This document shows, one piece after another, positions 40,223-54,590 of a stretch of DNA of 64,000 nt; position 1 is the first letter of the stretch; the number at the start of each line of letters is the position of its first letter. Source of the stretch: Eledone cirrhosa (Eukaryota); assembly GCA_964016885.1 (NCBI GenBank), contig OZ024741.1:213466001-213530000 (forward strand), given 5' to 3'. The position numbers were made by a program, and so were the translations under genes. The notes below the pieces were generated by a model. The model saw nothing but the letters and a program-made list of their open reading frames with translations. It did not search any database and had not been told where the DNA came from.

Positions 40223-41010
40223 GCTCATAGGAACCTATACACAGGTGTTCATATATATACGTACACAGATGCATACACATACATACGTATATACCATATA
40301 TATTCAAACATGCACACCACACATTGGCACACACACACACATGTATATATATATATATATATATATGTATATCCAATTTCAGCTACACGTTTTCATATAC
40401 AAATTCTACACACCTTTGCGTACAGGTATATATTTACACATATACATATGATGACAGATAGTTATACACCCGCCTACCTTCACATGCCTTCACATATTCA
40501 TGCCTTCACATTCACATATACATCGTACATGTTTTCACATACATTCACATACATTCATATACGCATATACACACTATTCATACACACTCACACACACGCA
40601 AACTTACCTAAATAAAGACACACACATAGGCCACAAGTACATACACACGTTGACTTAGAGACAGACACATATTCGCATATACACATACTCGCATAGATTA
40701 TGTATTCTCATACACACATACACATATATATTGTACACACGATACACAAACACGTGTTGATATTGAACCGTATGCTCTTACGCATGCCATATTTACATAC
40801 ACATATTTTCCGATTCATTCACACGTATAAATGTTCACGCAAATACACAAAGGATTCTATACATGCATTAATACACAAAAAAAAATACCATTTCCTTCCC
40901 TCTTACACAGATAAACAATCACCTTATACACATACGCACACACAGACACACACATACACAGACATACACACACACACATATATATATATATATGTTTATA
41001 TATTTAATAT

Positions 41011-41149
41011 AGAAAAGGCTTCTACAAGACTAGAACTGTTTCATTCGTGAGGAATCATCAGGAAGCCGACTGTCTAAGTAATATGGACAGTCGGCTTCCT
41101 GATGATTTCTCACGAATGAAACAGTTCTAGTGCTGTAGAAGCCTTTTCT
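41011..41149. ncRNA. Palindrome of two divergent type I HHR motifs (41017-41067 minus; 41093-41143 plus)
   Basis: GGCTTC-CTGATGA-tTTC-tcac-GAAt-GAAA-CAG-ttctagtg-CTG-TA-GAAGCC; 64-bp arms, 11-nt spacer. Confidence 0.75.
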
Positions 41150-41267
41150 TTCTATATATTTATACTCTGCGTTGTATTAAGTACCTTACTTACTGTGGTT
41201 ACCCCCACTCCCCGATTGAACCCGGCATAAACTTATATAAATATATATATATATGTATATATATACA

Positions 41268-41347
<80 letters not shown>

Positions 41348-42050
41348 TGCGCGTGTGTGTGTGTTTAAGATGAGAGAATTATTATACATACTTTCCAATT
41401 CATGCTCACGTATAATTACACACGCAAATACACACAGGAACCTACACATGCTTTCATATACAAAAGACACACCATTTCCTTCCAACTTACACACGCAAAC
41501 TATCAACGTATATACACATATGTGTCTATGTTGGTGTGTGTGTATGCATGTGTGTGTATGCGTGTGTGTGTGTGCATGTGTGCATATGTGTGTGTGTGTT
41601 TAAGGTGAGAGAATTATGTATTATTTATAACTTGTTTTCACCTTAACCCTTCACCCATCATACTATCTCATTTCCTTTCCTAGACAAATCAATGACTATA
41701 AACATAATATACTTTTTATTGATACCAATATAATGTTCCTTTAAATTCACTTGTAGTTACTGTATTAAAGAGGTTTGTGGGAATTTACAATTTAATCAAA
41801 CTAATCGTTAAATGTATGGCCTGTCGCGACCTGGGTCTTTAATTCCTGGTGGAATGGAATGGACAGCATAGTGACATACCGCATGGCTTAGATTAAAAAC
41901 CTGGTGGAGCGCATTCCACTCCAGATCGCTTTTAGTTCAAAATTTTCCCTATATCTCTCTCTCACACCCTGTCTCTCTGTCTCCTCTTCTCTCTCTCTCT
42001 CTTTCTCTTTCCCTCTCTCTCTATATATATGTATATATCTGTCTTTCTCC

Positions 42051-42090
<40 letters not shown>

Positions 42091-42246
42091 CTCTATCTAT
42101 CTATCTATCTATCTATCTATATCTATCTCTCTGTCTCTCTCTCCCTCCCTCTCTCTATATATATATGTCTAAATATATCTCTCTGTCTCTCCCTCCCTCT
42201 CTCACTCTCTCTCTATATGTCTATATCTATCTCTCTGTCTCTCTCA

Positions 42247-42284
<38 letters not shown>

Positions 42285-42379
42285 TTCTCTATCCCTCTCT
42301 CTCTCTCTTTATCTATCTATCTATCTATCTCTATCTCTCTCGCTCTCTCTATCTATTTATCCATCTATCTATCTCTCTC

Positions 42380-42410
<31 letters not shown>

Positions 42411-42812
42411 CCCTCTCTCACTATCTCTCTCTCTCCCTCTCTCTCTCTATGCCCCCCCCCCCTCTCACTATCTCTCTCTCGGTGATATCACCTATATCCC
42501 GCCGACCTGGAGTGAAGTCCAGTGTCCAAGGAAGCAACCTACGATGATTAAAATATAGTCACAATTATTAACAACTTTCACTTTAAAAAAAAGTTAATAA
42601 TCTGCTGATCTAATACAATTGTGGGGCTGCTACTTGTTGGAGAAGAAGTGTACTACGACCATCCTTCCATATTTGTTGTTAGCACAGAAGTGACACACAC
42701 ACACACACACACACACAGACACACACAGACACAGACACACACATACACACACATATATATATGTGTGTATGTGTGTATCTGTGTGAAACTGAAATGGATG
42801 GGCGCAGTTTAG

Positions 42813-43205
42813 TAATAATAGTTTCTACTTTGGGCACAAGGCCAGCAATTACCCAGTACATTACTGGTACTTTATTTTATCGACCCCGTAAGGATGAAAG
42901 GCAAAGTTAGCCTCGACGGGGTTTGAACTCAAACCGTAAAGGGACGTAACTATGCTAGAAAGCATGGCATCCGACCCTCTACCGATGCTGCCTCAGTAAT
43001 AGTTAACAAATTAGTATAATAATTGTTTCTACATTTGGCACAAGGCAAGTTAAAATCCAGTGTATTACTGGTACTTTATTTTATCGACCCCGTATGGATG
43101 AAAGGCAAAGTTAACCTTGGCGGGATTTAAACAGAGATCGTAAAGGTACGTAGCTATGCTGGAAAGCATGTCTGACCCTCTACTGGTACTGCCAATTCAC
43201 CGCCC
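42813..43205 (-). mobile_element. Two tandem SINE copies
   Basis: Same SINE family. Confidence 0.85.
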
Positions 43206-43216
43206 TTTGCCAATAT

Positions 43217-43485
43217 CTACACTGACTGATAAAATGACAAGTCAGTCAATCGTATGGGTGGCCTCCCCACAGCCCCGGCGGACAGAATGGAGAAGGCGTT
43301 TCCCCGGGAGACGGCAAGGGAAACGCGCTGGAAAAGCCATTCCAGCTCACGAGGCTCACACCTGTGGCTGGCCAGCCCAGCGCCTATGGTGGTGTGTAGG
43401 GAGGTAGCCCTAAGGCCGAGGACACCAGAAGTCTCCACTGCCAATGGTACAACCGCAAACCTGACGGAGAGCGACCGGTACGGCA
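43217..43485 (-). mobile_element. Second CRE-like 3' fragment
   Basis: VVPLAVETSGVLG..IGAGLA..EPRELEWLFQRVSLAVSRGNAFSIL; homologous to 33765-34020. Confidence 0.72.
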
Positions 43486-43779
43486 AAGAGTTTTTCGTTT
43501 CCATTATTTGATGTCATCCGTCCTTGTTTCCTGCTGGTGTCCTTTGTTTTTTTTTCTGTCAAGGATGATCTTCGTCAATCCATCAGATCTTGTCACGTGA
43601 CCTACTATTTCATTTTTTTCTCTTTATTTTTCATTGTTTAGCGGAATTTCATAGTTTCTTACATGTTGTCTGATCTCCTTAGGAATGCATTCGTTGTTTA
43701 CCTGCTGCATGTATATGATAGTGTTGAGAATATATGTGTTCAGTCATGATCTGAACAGATTTTGCACGCAAGAAACTTC

Positions 43780-43925
43780 GTACCAGTCGCTATTCGACAC
43801 CAGTTCTAAACAGACCGGTTTTCCCTCACTTCGAGAGGAAAAATCTTTTGCCTTTTACAATAAAAATGAACTTACTTCAACATGCCGACACATTGTGAAA
43901 TTTATTCTTAAGCAGATCTTTCTTT
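43780..43925 (+). pseudogene. Degenerate Penelope C-terminus
   Basis: ..EEK..YNKNELTSTCRHIVKFIL resembles the PLE LN.R.EL...C.H motif seen at 12620-12665. Confidence 0.45.
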
Positions 43926-44164
43926 TGCATCGAGCGCAATTTAGACTATTATTAGTCATTTCGTGATCTATCAATGTGTATATTTGACAGTAAAGCTTGT
44001 TTCGGATCATATGCACTCGTGTTTATCTTACATTTTCTGCCAAGTTTGCATTAGGCCGTCGGATTAAATGCTTGATATTTGTTCTGGCTCTTTACGGTTT
44101 GTGTTCAAATCCCGTAGATGTCAACGTTGTATTTTATCCTTGGATATCGACAGATAAAATAACA

Positions 44165-44700
44165 GTGTAGAAATAGTAAATAGGAAAAATTGTGAAAGAG
44201 TCGAACTTGATGTTATCTGAAATGGCTATGAACCATCTTCGTTTAAATCCTACTCCCTGTTGTTAGGAGTTGCAATAGAGAGAAAAGTATCATCAATGGA
44301 AAAATCAATCCAAGTAATTTCTTTGATCTGTTCTGACGATCACCTTCACCCTTTTCTTTCTATTTTTTTTTTTTTTAACTTATAGAAACCCCATGATACG
44401 GTGGATATAGCCCGATTAACTCCGTCGCACCCATAGCAGTAATATTTGCAGGTTAGGTTTTGTTATGCTCTGAGTGCTTGGGTATGGTTTTGAAGGGCGT
44501 GATTTCCGTTACATTGTGTGTTGCGTTGTAGGTGTCTACTGGGTGGGATTGAGTGTAATTTTATGGATCGTGCTCAAGTTAAGGCCATTAACGGTCATAG
44601 TTATACATAAATAAGCATATACTCATAAACAAAGGCATATGTATCTAGTATGTGAGAGAGGAGGTGAGATTATATTAAAGGGGGTCTGTGGGGGAGGTAG
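44165..44700 (-). pseudogene. Degenerate Penelope RT remnant
   Basis: Minus-strand TAMG..., IMGFL, W....IDDTF, NIKF appear in the order expected for PLE RT; heavily frameshifted. Confidence 0.5.
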
Positions 44701-45408
44701 GTCTCAGCAGGTGTGTGTATGTTTATAGATGTGTAGGAGTGTATGTGAGATCTGCAGCTGGGAAACTCCCAATTTGAAAACTTTTCGATAGATCTGACAA
44801 AAGATTAGTGTAAAGGGAAGGTGAGGGAAGGGCAAGACATATCGATTCACAATCGTGTAATACCATCAATTTTAAGAGGGGGGTGGCCAAGATTCTATAT
44901 CGATCAGAGTCGTCTATAACATAACCTGAAGTCTATGAGAAGGACCAAGATATATCGATTATCAGCCGTCTCTAACATCAAGTGCAATAATCAGACAAAG
45001 TGTAGCGGCTCTCTGAAGTAATTTCTCATACTGGCACATCGACTGTCAAGTTACTTTTGGTCAGACGGTCGTATTCACCAATGAAAAGTTTACTGATCGA
45101 TAGATCGATAGTTTTAATGTCACATTAACTAAGAATGGACAATAGCAGAATGACTAAATAAATAAATAAATGAATGAATAAATCAACGAACAAAAGATTT
45201 CAACTTTGATATTGATTTCATATCGAGAGATTTTTATAAATACATGATGTTGTTCCGTCAGTTTCGACGGTGATTGTATGTTCCAATCATTCGATCAACT
45301 GAACGACTGGTTTGTTATATTGATGATGAGGATTATGGGATCTCCATCGGTTTCGATGATGAATATATATCCCAATTTTATGATCAACTGAACGTCGGCT
45401 TGTTAGAT

Positions 45409-45474
<66 letters not shown>

Positions 45475-45786
45475 GGTTTTCCGTCAGTTTCGACGATGAG
45501 CATTCTGAACTGTGCAACTCGTAATTTAACGTATAAGTAGTTGAATTCTTGCCTGTGTCCTGTTACTTTAAAGTTTTGCCTCTATGTTTGCAGGGGCATC
45601 AAAGAGCCATACCTGTCTGAAAACACTGCATCTTATTTTATTTCTATTTTATAAATATTATCTATATATATGATTCCAGTTCCTTTCAGGACTAACAAGA
45701 CACCCAGGAGCTGGACATATCGATGAATTAACAGGGTAGAAAACATTACAACATCATATTTTCCTGTTTTCTCTGTTCTCTGCCTA

Positions 45787-45853
45787 AATTCTTCCTGCCT
45801 GATGAGGTCACAGCCAATAATGGCTGTCACTGAAATATGTATAGCAACGAATT
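45787..45853 (+). ncRNA. Minimal type I hammerhead ribozyme
   Basis: TGC-CTGATGA-GGTcACAGCCA-ataa-TGGCTGTcACT-GAAA-TATGTA-TA-GCA. Confidence 0.75.
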
Positions 45854-45898
45854 GGAATAAACGAAGCCAACTTTAACATGTTTGACTTACACATATTA

Positions 45899-45973
<75 letters not shown>

Positions 45974-46343
45974 GGGTACGTGTTTGGGTGCGTGTAAGCG
46001 CGGGTGTGTGTCACTACAGAAATCTGATCCAACCATTGTCTCTGACGATGTACAGGAGTGTAGATGTTTTTTCTGAGTCAAATCCCATGGAGTTACATAA
46101 CTGCCAACAATGGGTGTTCGTATCGATAATTTGGGGTGTGAAAACATTTCGGCGTTACCACTAATGACACACATCCCTTCATTCTTTTTCACACACATAC
46201 ACACACTGTTACCATCCCCTTACCAGCATGACCGGCGTTTTACACGAAATATTGACAGAATTAGCTTTTAACAATCCAAGAAGAATCCATTTGTGCACAT
46301 AATTATCTAGAATCATTAATTCGTTCATTCTGTTAATACAAGA

Positions 46344-47100
46344 CCACCACCACCACTACAACCATCACCACCACCAGCAACCATCACCACCACCAGCAAA
46401 GCTACCACCTACACCACCACCACTACCACCACCACCACCAACGCTGCCACCACCACCACCAGCAACGCTGCCACCACCACTACCACCAACGCTGCCACCA
46501 CCACCAGCACCAACGCTGCCACCAGCACCACCACCAACGCTGCCACCACTACCAACGCTGCCACCAGCACCACCACCAACGCTGCCACCACTACCACCAC
46601 CAACGCTGCCACCACTACCACCACCACCAACGCCACCACCACCACCAACAACAACGCTGCCACCACCAGCAACACTATCACTACAACCACCATCACAACC
46701 ACCACCAACACCACCAACAACACTATCACCACCACCACCACCACCACTATCACCACCACTACCACCACCGCCACCAACACTATCACCACCAGCACCAAAA
46801 CTATCACCAACACGACGACGACGACCACCACCACCACCACCCACACCACTACCACTATCACCCACACCACCACCACCACCACCACCACCACTATCACCAC
46901 CACCACCAACACTATCACCAACACGACGACGACGACGACCACCACCACCACCACCACTACCACTATCACCCACACCACCACCACCACCTCCACTATCACC
47001 ACCACCACTACCACCACTAACACTATCACCACCACCACCAACACTATCACCAACACGACGACGACCACCACCATCACCACCACCATCACCACCATTTCCA
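46344..47100. repeat. (CAC)n-rich compound repeat
   Basis: Direct inspection. Confidence 0.9.
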
Positions 47101-47425
47101 ACCAGGCAGTGCTAGACAGAGAATTGATTGATGTTCTTATGGTATTTGGATTGCCAGCAATGTCTTAGCTCTTTACTCGCCATCGCTTTAGTTACGTCTC
47201 TTATTCATTAAATTCCATAACACAACATAGTAAAGCGTAGATAACATTACACAGCATTTCTACCGAGTATTACAACAGAACAGCACACAAATATTGTATA
47301 GACTTGCAGCAGACACACGGATTTTATACGATGAAAACTTATTTCAGCCGACATATTTTAAACGCTTAAACTAATCACAAGACATCCTGCCTCTCTTTCT
47401 TTCTTTCTTTCTGTCTGTCTGTCTG

Positions 47426-47465
<40 letters not shown>

Positions 47466-48060
47466 TCCTTTTTTTTCTTTTTTTTTGCTCTTTCTTTCTA
47501 TATTTCTTGCTTTTGTTTTTATTTTTAATCGAATATAAGAAATAATCGAATTTAAGAATTATTTTTAACATCGTCATAAGTTCACAAATATTTGATCAGT
47601 CAGCCATTGGTGAATTAAATTGATCTCTTAGTATTTGACTGTTATTTTATATTAATGTTCCTAGAATTAGAACGTGGTTTCTAGTCAGTATGTGGGTGAC
47701 GTGGGGTTCGGCTCCTCATAGCGGCCGATGGCAACTTCTTTTTCCGTCTTTATAAGCTTATAGGATATTTTAAGACATGGCCGTGCATGACGGTATAATA
47801 ACTATATGCTGTTCCTTCTAAATCATACGCTACCCGGCCTTGAGAAAGAAACACCAACATTCAGCCCGGAACATATCAATGAATCGAAATAACAGAAGTC
47901 AGTTTTATTCCATCTTTATATTTTTCTGTTATTTTCTGTTCAGATTCTGGGTGTTTGGTGAGGTCATAGATGATGTATGATGGTTATCACCGAAATATAT
48001 ATAACAGTGACTATGAATATACGAAGTTAATTTGAACCTGTTCACTTATACTTCTTGTTT

Positions 48061-48180
<120 letters not shown>

Positions 48181-48488
48181 GAGAAACGAACCTTATGGAA
48201 TAGAATGGACACAACTTCGGTCGTTTCCTCGACACACAAACACACACACACACACATTATATATATATATACATACATACGAGACAAACCACAACAGACA
48301 CACAAACCCTCCATCTCAATTTTACTTTGAAAATCATAGGAAATGTGAAACCTGTAAAATAACAAATATGCTTAAAAAGACTCCAGTTGCATTTTCAATT
48401 TCTTTTCCTTATAACACCTAAAAACACTTGTAGACTGGACACTTTCCTGTTCATAAGTGTTTATAGGCCTCATATCATGTTACCTTAT

Positions 48489-48552
48489 TTTATCTGATGA
48501 GAACACAATTTTTGTCCCAGGATGATATTGTTTTCGAAATGCGCATAATAAA
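48489..48552 (+). ncRNA. Minimal type I hammerhead ribozyme (PLE type)
   Basis: TTTAT-CTGATGA-GAAcACAAT..ATTGTtTTC-GAAA-TGCGCA-TA-ATAAA; palindromic stem III ATGCGCAT. Confidence 0.8.
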
Positions 48553-48779
48553 TTATATGGAACTTTTTTAACCATCTTTTAATTTCTTCTTTAATATATA
48601 CTCTAGTTCTACCAACTTTTGAGTGCTACTTATCTGATATATGCATAGTTTTATTGTTCTACAATATTACTCACCTCCTACATATATATATATAAGGATC
48701 GATAAACTTTCGTCAAAATCGGACCGAGGAAAAAATGTTTCCGTTGGTCTTTCCAGTTGCTAGTACAATCTATCGGTCG

Positions 48780-48912
48780 CAACTCCAGGTAGAAGAAGCA
48801 ACATGAAATAAAGTCTCTTGCTCAAAGACATAACGCATCGCCGGGTCCAGGATTCGAACTCACAATCTCAAGATTGCGAATCCAATTCTCTAACCACTCA
48901 GCTACACGCCTT
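48780..48912 (-). mobile_element. Second tRNA-derived SINE family (also 63840-63972)
   Basis: gcaacatgaaataaagt..ttgctcaa..acacaac..ccgg..gaactcacaa..aaccact..gc.a..cgcc shared by both copies. Confidence 0.7.
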
Positions 48913-49289
48913 CATATATGTGCGTGTGTGTGTGTGTGTGTGTCTAATGTTTGAAACCCAAAACAGAAATCGCTATATATATAGTAAGAGGTTTGGAAAT
49001 TCACACACAAAAAATTGACCAATAGCTGCTATAGGGAATCGAACTACGTGACTGTTGGTTTCCGGCCGAGCGCGTTGACTGATTAACCCGATTTTCTAAA
49101 CTCTTATTATTCATAGCGATTTCTGTGTTTGCATTTCAAATCATGCAAACACCTCGATAAATCTTAAGATATATTTATATATAATTTTGGTTGAAACCTT
49201 ACAGTACTTGTATTATTCTGCATTATTCGCAAACATTGTATACGGCAAGACAGGTAGCTACTTGTAAGGTTTGAACCAAAATAAATACA

Positions 49290-49323
<34 letters not shown>

Positions 49324-49564
49324 CGACAGACTCCAGCACAAGTTCAGTATACCAAACTTCCCGCAAGAGATATTACTCAACCTTACACTGTATGTTATAG
49401 TAGAAAACAAATACACAAGAGCCAACGCCGTGATATCGAATCCAGAATGACATAGTTACAAAGCCAATAACAACACTGTCAATCCATGGCTGTTCTATTA
49501 TGGGTTGAAAGTATCTGATTTCCCTGTCATGTATCCACTTGGCGACGCGGTCGGGATTTTACAT

Positions 49565-49636
<72 letters not shown>

Positions 49637-49638
<2 letters not shown>

Positions 49639-49837
49639 CGAAGGAAATGTGGTAAGGAACCAGATGGACCATAACGCACCAAAGTACTCAATACTTAGGG
49701 TAGTAGAGTGGGTAATGGGAACAAGTATGACACCGACGGCAGAGCTTAAGCCGTTTCGACGGTTAATTCTGGACGCCAGAGTCCAGAATTAGCCGTCGAA
49801 ACGGCTTAAGCTCTGCCGTCGGGGTCATACTTGTTCC
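49637..49837. repeat. Fold-back element (57-bp arms, 49718-49837); related copies at 13705-13795 and 53355-53546
   Basis: ggaacaagtatgac..tttcgacggttaattctggac / gtccagaattagccgtcgaaa..gtcatacttgttcc. Confidence 0.85.
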
Positions 49838-49885
<48 letters not shown>

Positions 49886-49915
49886 GGGGGAGAGAGAGCG
49901 AGAGAGATAGAAGGG

Positions 49916-49966
<51 letters not shown>

Positions 49967-50689
49967 GAAGATTTGACTAAAATACTGAACTAGTAAGTTT
50001 TCTATCGACCCCCTTGGATGAAAGGCAAAGTTGACTCCGATGGGATGTGATATCAGAGCGCTGTGAGCCGGAACAAGAACCACCACCTGAACCACTCTAC
50101 TAATGTGTCGCCTTATAACGCTGGTTAACCTGTTTTCGAAAGAGATGGGAAGTTAATATCAGGTGAAGCTAAAGTACTGTGTGAAAATAATCTATATTTA
50201 CTCCCGCTATATAATGTGCTGCTGTATTGACATCTATATTGTTGAGATTCAGCAGAAATCTGCAGCGTTGACAAAATAAATCATGCACCACCAACCCACT
50301 TGTTGCAGCTGCCATATCAACAAGCCACCAACCAGGGAGGCTGTATATGTATGGCCGCTCAACTTACGAGAAATAGCAGTCAAATCTTGCTTTCAAATTC
50401 ACACTCTACCATAAAAAAAAGAAAAGAGAATAGAAAAGACGTTTAGGTTGGTAGATCATGTGGCCGTAGGTTCCCTGCACACGAAACAAGGACCCGATGG
50501 TCACGGCTGGAATGCCTTTAACAGTGGTTAAGTTAGACCCAAATAGACCAGTTGATACAGTTAAACATCCTGGTCATTTGAGAATTAGTGATAATATATT
50601 TTAAATATACATTGTTATAAGCTGTATATTTCTCCAAGTGGTTAAATGACAGTCATTAGATCGTCGCATAGAATGTGTTGCGGCACGAG

Positions 50690-50950
50690 TTCAAATCATG
50701 CTAATTTCAACTTTGCCTTTCATTAGTTCGAGGTCGAAGGGCGGTGGATTGGCAGTATCGGTAGAGGGTCGGAGGTCATGCTTTGCTGCATCGAGTTACG
50801 GTCCTTTATGATCTGAGTTCAAATCCTACTTTGCCTTTCATCTTTACGGGGTCGATAAAATAAAGTACCAGTCACACGCTGGGGTCGATTTAATCGACTT
50901 TCACCTCCCCAAAATTGCTGGCCTTGTGCCTATATAAGAAACCATTATTT
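50690..50950 (+). mobile_element. Full SINE copy (~50739-50948) nested in an older copy
   Basis: gggcggtggattggcagtatcgg...gccttgtgcctatataagaaaccattatt; ttcgaggtcga occurs on both sides (TSD-like). Confidence 0.8.
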
Positions 50951-51701
50951 CGAGGTCGAGAAATGAAGTATCAGTTCACTACTGAAAACGATTCTCCATA
51001 TATCTCCTTCTTACTTTTCCTCATTCTCTATTTAAAACTGATTTCTTCCAACAATTTTAAATACCCAAGACACATAATATGCTCGTGAGGTTTTAAAGGG
51101 TCCATCCATGCCTACAAGCAAGCAGAGCTTTCTCCAATGAGAGACTGAATGGGTGTTTGGCCTCTGATGAACTCATAAATTAGAGTTAAAACCGAAGTTG
51201 TTACCTTGTTATATTCGTATAATCCATTTGAATGCCATCCACATCTAACTAGATTTGATCTAAAGTTTCTCAGTATACCACGAGGTGGGATCGCCCCATC
51301 CAACACACTCACACACACACACACAAAACCATCCATGTGGACTGATTTCCAAAGTTATAGTTGAGCTGGTGGAATCACTATACGGGAACATTGTGAAGGT
51401 TGTAGTATTTGGCCAAGGAAGTATTGTTGTCTATACAAAAAATTACTGACCTTTACCTTGTGTAAACTAAACAACTTTTGCCCAACGTGTGTACTGGTGT
51501 TGAATAATATTTTTAATGGTCTTACGAAATTCCCTGTTAGTTCGTGGTGACCCGCAAATATAAGGTTACTAAGAAATCTCACTTTAATACAAAAATATAC
51601 AAACATACATACACACACAAACACAGAAATGCACATACATACATATTTGAAAAGATAAAATATCTTACACAAAATATATGTATATTCACACGTATATATA
51701 T

Positions 51702-51774
<73 letters not shown>

Positions 51775-51821
51775 TACACACATATATATATATATATACA
51801 CATATATATATATATATATAT

Positions 51822-51918
<97 letters not shown>

Positions 51919-52128
51919 TATATATATATAAAGAAATAAACAGATACATCCGAATACATACATATACATGAATATATACACATATATCCCTGAATTTGTG
52001 GTGCCAACCTCAACCGTTGTTGCACTATGAATAACTGGGACATAATATGCCACGAAACTACGTAGTCGAGGAGTAATAAAGGAATTTGGGTATGGTATAT
52101 CTTATTAATTATATCTAATGTTTCTTCT

Positions 52129-52164
<36 letters not shown>

Positions 52165-52233
52165 TATATATATATAATAGTAATAACAAAAGATATATAC
52201 ATTTTATCTCATCCCTATTTATTTCATTTGCAA

Positions 52234-52737
52234 GGGGCGGTGGATTGGCAGTATCGGTAGAGGGTCGGACACAATGCGTTGACGCATAGAGTTGCAGCCC
52301 TTGCCATTCTGAGTTCAAATCCCGCCGAGGTTAACTTTGCCTGTCATCCTTACGGAGTCGATAAAATAAAGTACCAGTAATACACTGGTTAATTGCTGGC
52401 CTTGTGCCAAAAGTAGAAACAATTATATATATATATATATATGTCGAAGATGTAAAGTGTATAATTTTTCATTAATATGCTGGTAGACAAACGAACAGGA
52501 CAGAACGGTCACCACCAGGCATACTAATATTATATTTATATATAAGAGCGGTGGATTGGCAGTATCGGTAGAGGGTCGGACGCCATACTTTGACGTATAG
52601 AGTTACGGCCCTTGCCATTCTGAGTTCAAAACCCGCCGAGGTTAACTTTGCCTTTCATCCTTACGGGGTCGATAAAATAAAGTACCAGTAATGCACTGGG
52701 TAATTGCTGACCTTGTACCAAACGTTGAAACAATTAT
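52234..52737 (+). mobile_element. Two SINE copies
   Basis: 52234-52425 and 52548-52737 carry A/B boxes, core and tail. Confidence 0.85.
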
Positions 52738-53055
52738 ATTTATATATATATTCGTAATTTTCTCCGATCAGAGGCCAGCATAGAAACGTCTCCTCCACTA
52801 AAGAGTGGTTGTCATGACAGGAATCTGAAACCTAAGATTCTGCATACATGTCAAAATTATGACATTTCAATTATATATATAATTGAAATTATATATATAT
52901 ATATATATATATACGATATATTAACAAATGGAAACTATATTTATAAAACCATATTTATAAAACCATATTTATTTTACTCCAATAATTTGTTGAGTGCTTT
53001 ATATCAATTATAAAAATATTTGCTTGTTGTATCCCAACAATTTAATTAGAACTTC

Positions 53056-53086
<31 letters not shown>

Positions 53087-53157
53087 GAAATATATATATA
53101 TTTACTATGATTAAATCTTAATCATTTAACATGTCAGGGTATGTCATGTAACATTTC

Positions 53158-53223
53158 ATTTTATCTGATGAGGACGTACAATTGAACTTGAATCAAGTAC
53201 CTCTGAAATATGTATAATAAAAT
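53158..53223 (+). ncRNA. Minimal type I hammerhead ribozyme
   Basis: ATTTTAT-CTGATGA-GG..GTAC..TTGA..TCAA-GTAC-CTCt-GAAA-TATGTA-TA-ATAAAAT. Confidence 0.72.
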
Positions 53224-53354
53224 TTAATTGATCACAAGAACATCTATTTTATTAATATTTGAATTTAATATATATATATAATTGAAATATATATATATAT
53301 AATTGAAATATATATATATATATATATATATAATTGAAATATATATATATATAT

Positions 53355-53546
53355 AACGAAGGAAACAGATGGACCACAACGCACCAGAGTACTCGATACT
53401 ATGGGTAGTAGAGTGGATAATAGGAAAAGAGTCAGGACCCCGATGGCTGAACTCCGGCCGTTTCGACAGCTATTTCTGAACACCGTTCAGAAATAGCTGT
53501 CGAATCGGCCGGAGCTCAGACTTCGGGGTCCTGACTCTTTTCCTAT
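53355..53546. repeat. Fold-back element (~62-bp arms, 3-nt loop)
   Basis: taggaaaagagtcaggaccccga..tttcgacagctatttctgaac-acc-gttcagaaatagctgtcgaa..tcggggtcctgactcttttccta. Confidence 0.85.
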
Positions 53547-53555
53547 ATACATATC

Positions 53556-53594
<39 letters not shown>

Positions 53595-53679
53595 AAAAGG
53601 TAAACAGAAATAACCAAACAATCGGTACAAAACAATGATAGGGATATATTAGATTAACACTTGATATAGCAGGAAGAGG

Positions 53680-53714
53680 GTCTTAACGTTTGGGACGCTA
53701 GTCCTTCATCAGAC
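53680..53714 (-). ncRNA. Degenerate HHR motif (G12 changed to C)
   Basis: Reverse complement GT-CTGATGA-aGGAC-tagc-GTCC-CAAA-CGTT-AAGAC. Confidence 0.4.
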
Positions 53715-54039
53715 AAAATACAATATATAACAGTTTTACAAATAGATATTGACGTACCCTTTCAAAAGGTGACCGTTGCTTTTGGAGGCCATACCATGAT
53801 TTAACTTGGTATCCTTGAAATATATATAATGAAATAAATACGGTTTGATAAATATAGTTTCCATTTATTAATATTGTATTTATATATATATATATATATT
53901 TATACATATATAAGGCGAATTAGCAAAATGCATTGCGGGATTCTTTTCCTCTCGCTGTTCAAAACCCGGGGAAATCAACTTTGCCTTTCAAACATTTCAA
54001 AGTAAACAAAGAGTACCAGTTCAATATTGGGGTTGATCC

Positions 54040-54096
<57 letters not shown>

Positions 54097-54555
54097 AAAA
54101 GAAGAAGAAGAAATCGGGTGTCTTCAGTCCTGGAGAAGGGATGGGCTCCACCAGTTTTTAAATGACCAATACACGCTATATGTCACTTCAGCGCCTTTAC
54201 GACTCCATCAGGAGTTGTAAACTATATTGTATATGTGTGTGTGTGTGTGTGTGACACAAGCACACATCATGTGTGTGTGTGCTTCATCACATGGACACAC
54301 GCGCTAATATAAACACATACACACATTCACGACTGATATAACATTAAGAAAACGGACATACAGTCACATACACACACTCTTATATACATATAAACACACA
54401 CACAAGCACACAGTCTTTACCCCTCCCCCATATAGCATGTATATATGTATGTGTGTTTATGTGCGTATATCTGTGTGTGTTTATATGTAAATATATGTGT
54501 GCGTGTGTGTGTTTATATGTATATATATATATGTGTCTGTGAGTTGATGTGTGTG

Positions 54556-54590
<35 letters not shown>

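Noticed and set aside
46041-46070. CTGACGA followed by a weak hairpin
   Set aside because: No GAAA or NUH site
51112-51560. Non-repetitive minus-strand ORF segments and a CTGATGA-ACTC..GAGT hairpin
   Set aside because: No recognisable protein motif or clear splice structure; the hairpin is followed by TAAAA rather than GAAA
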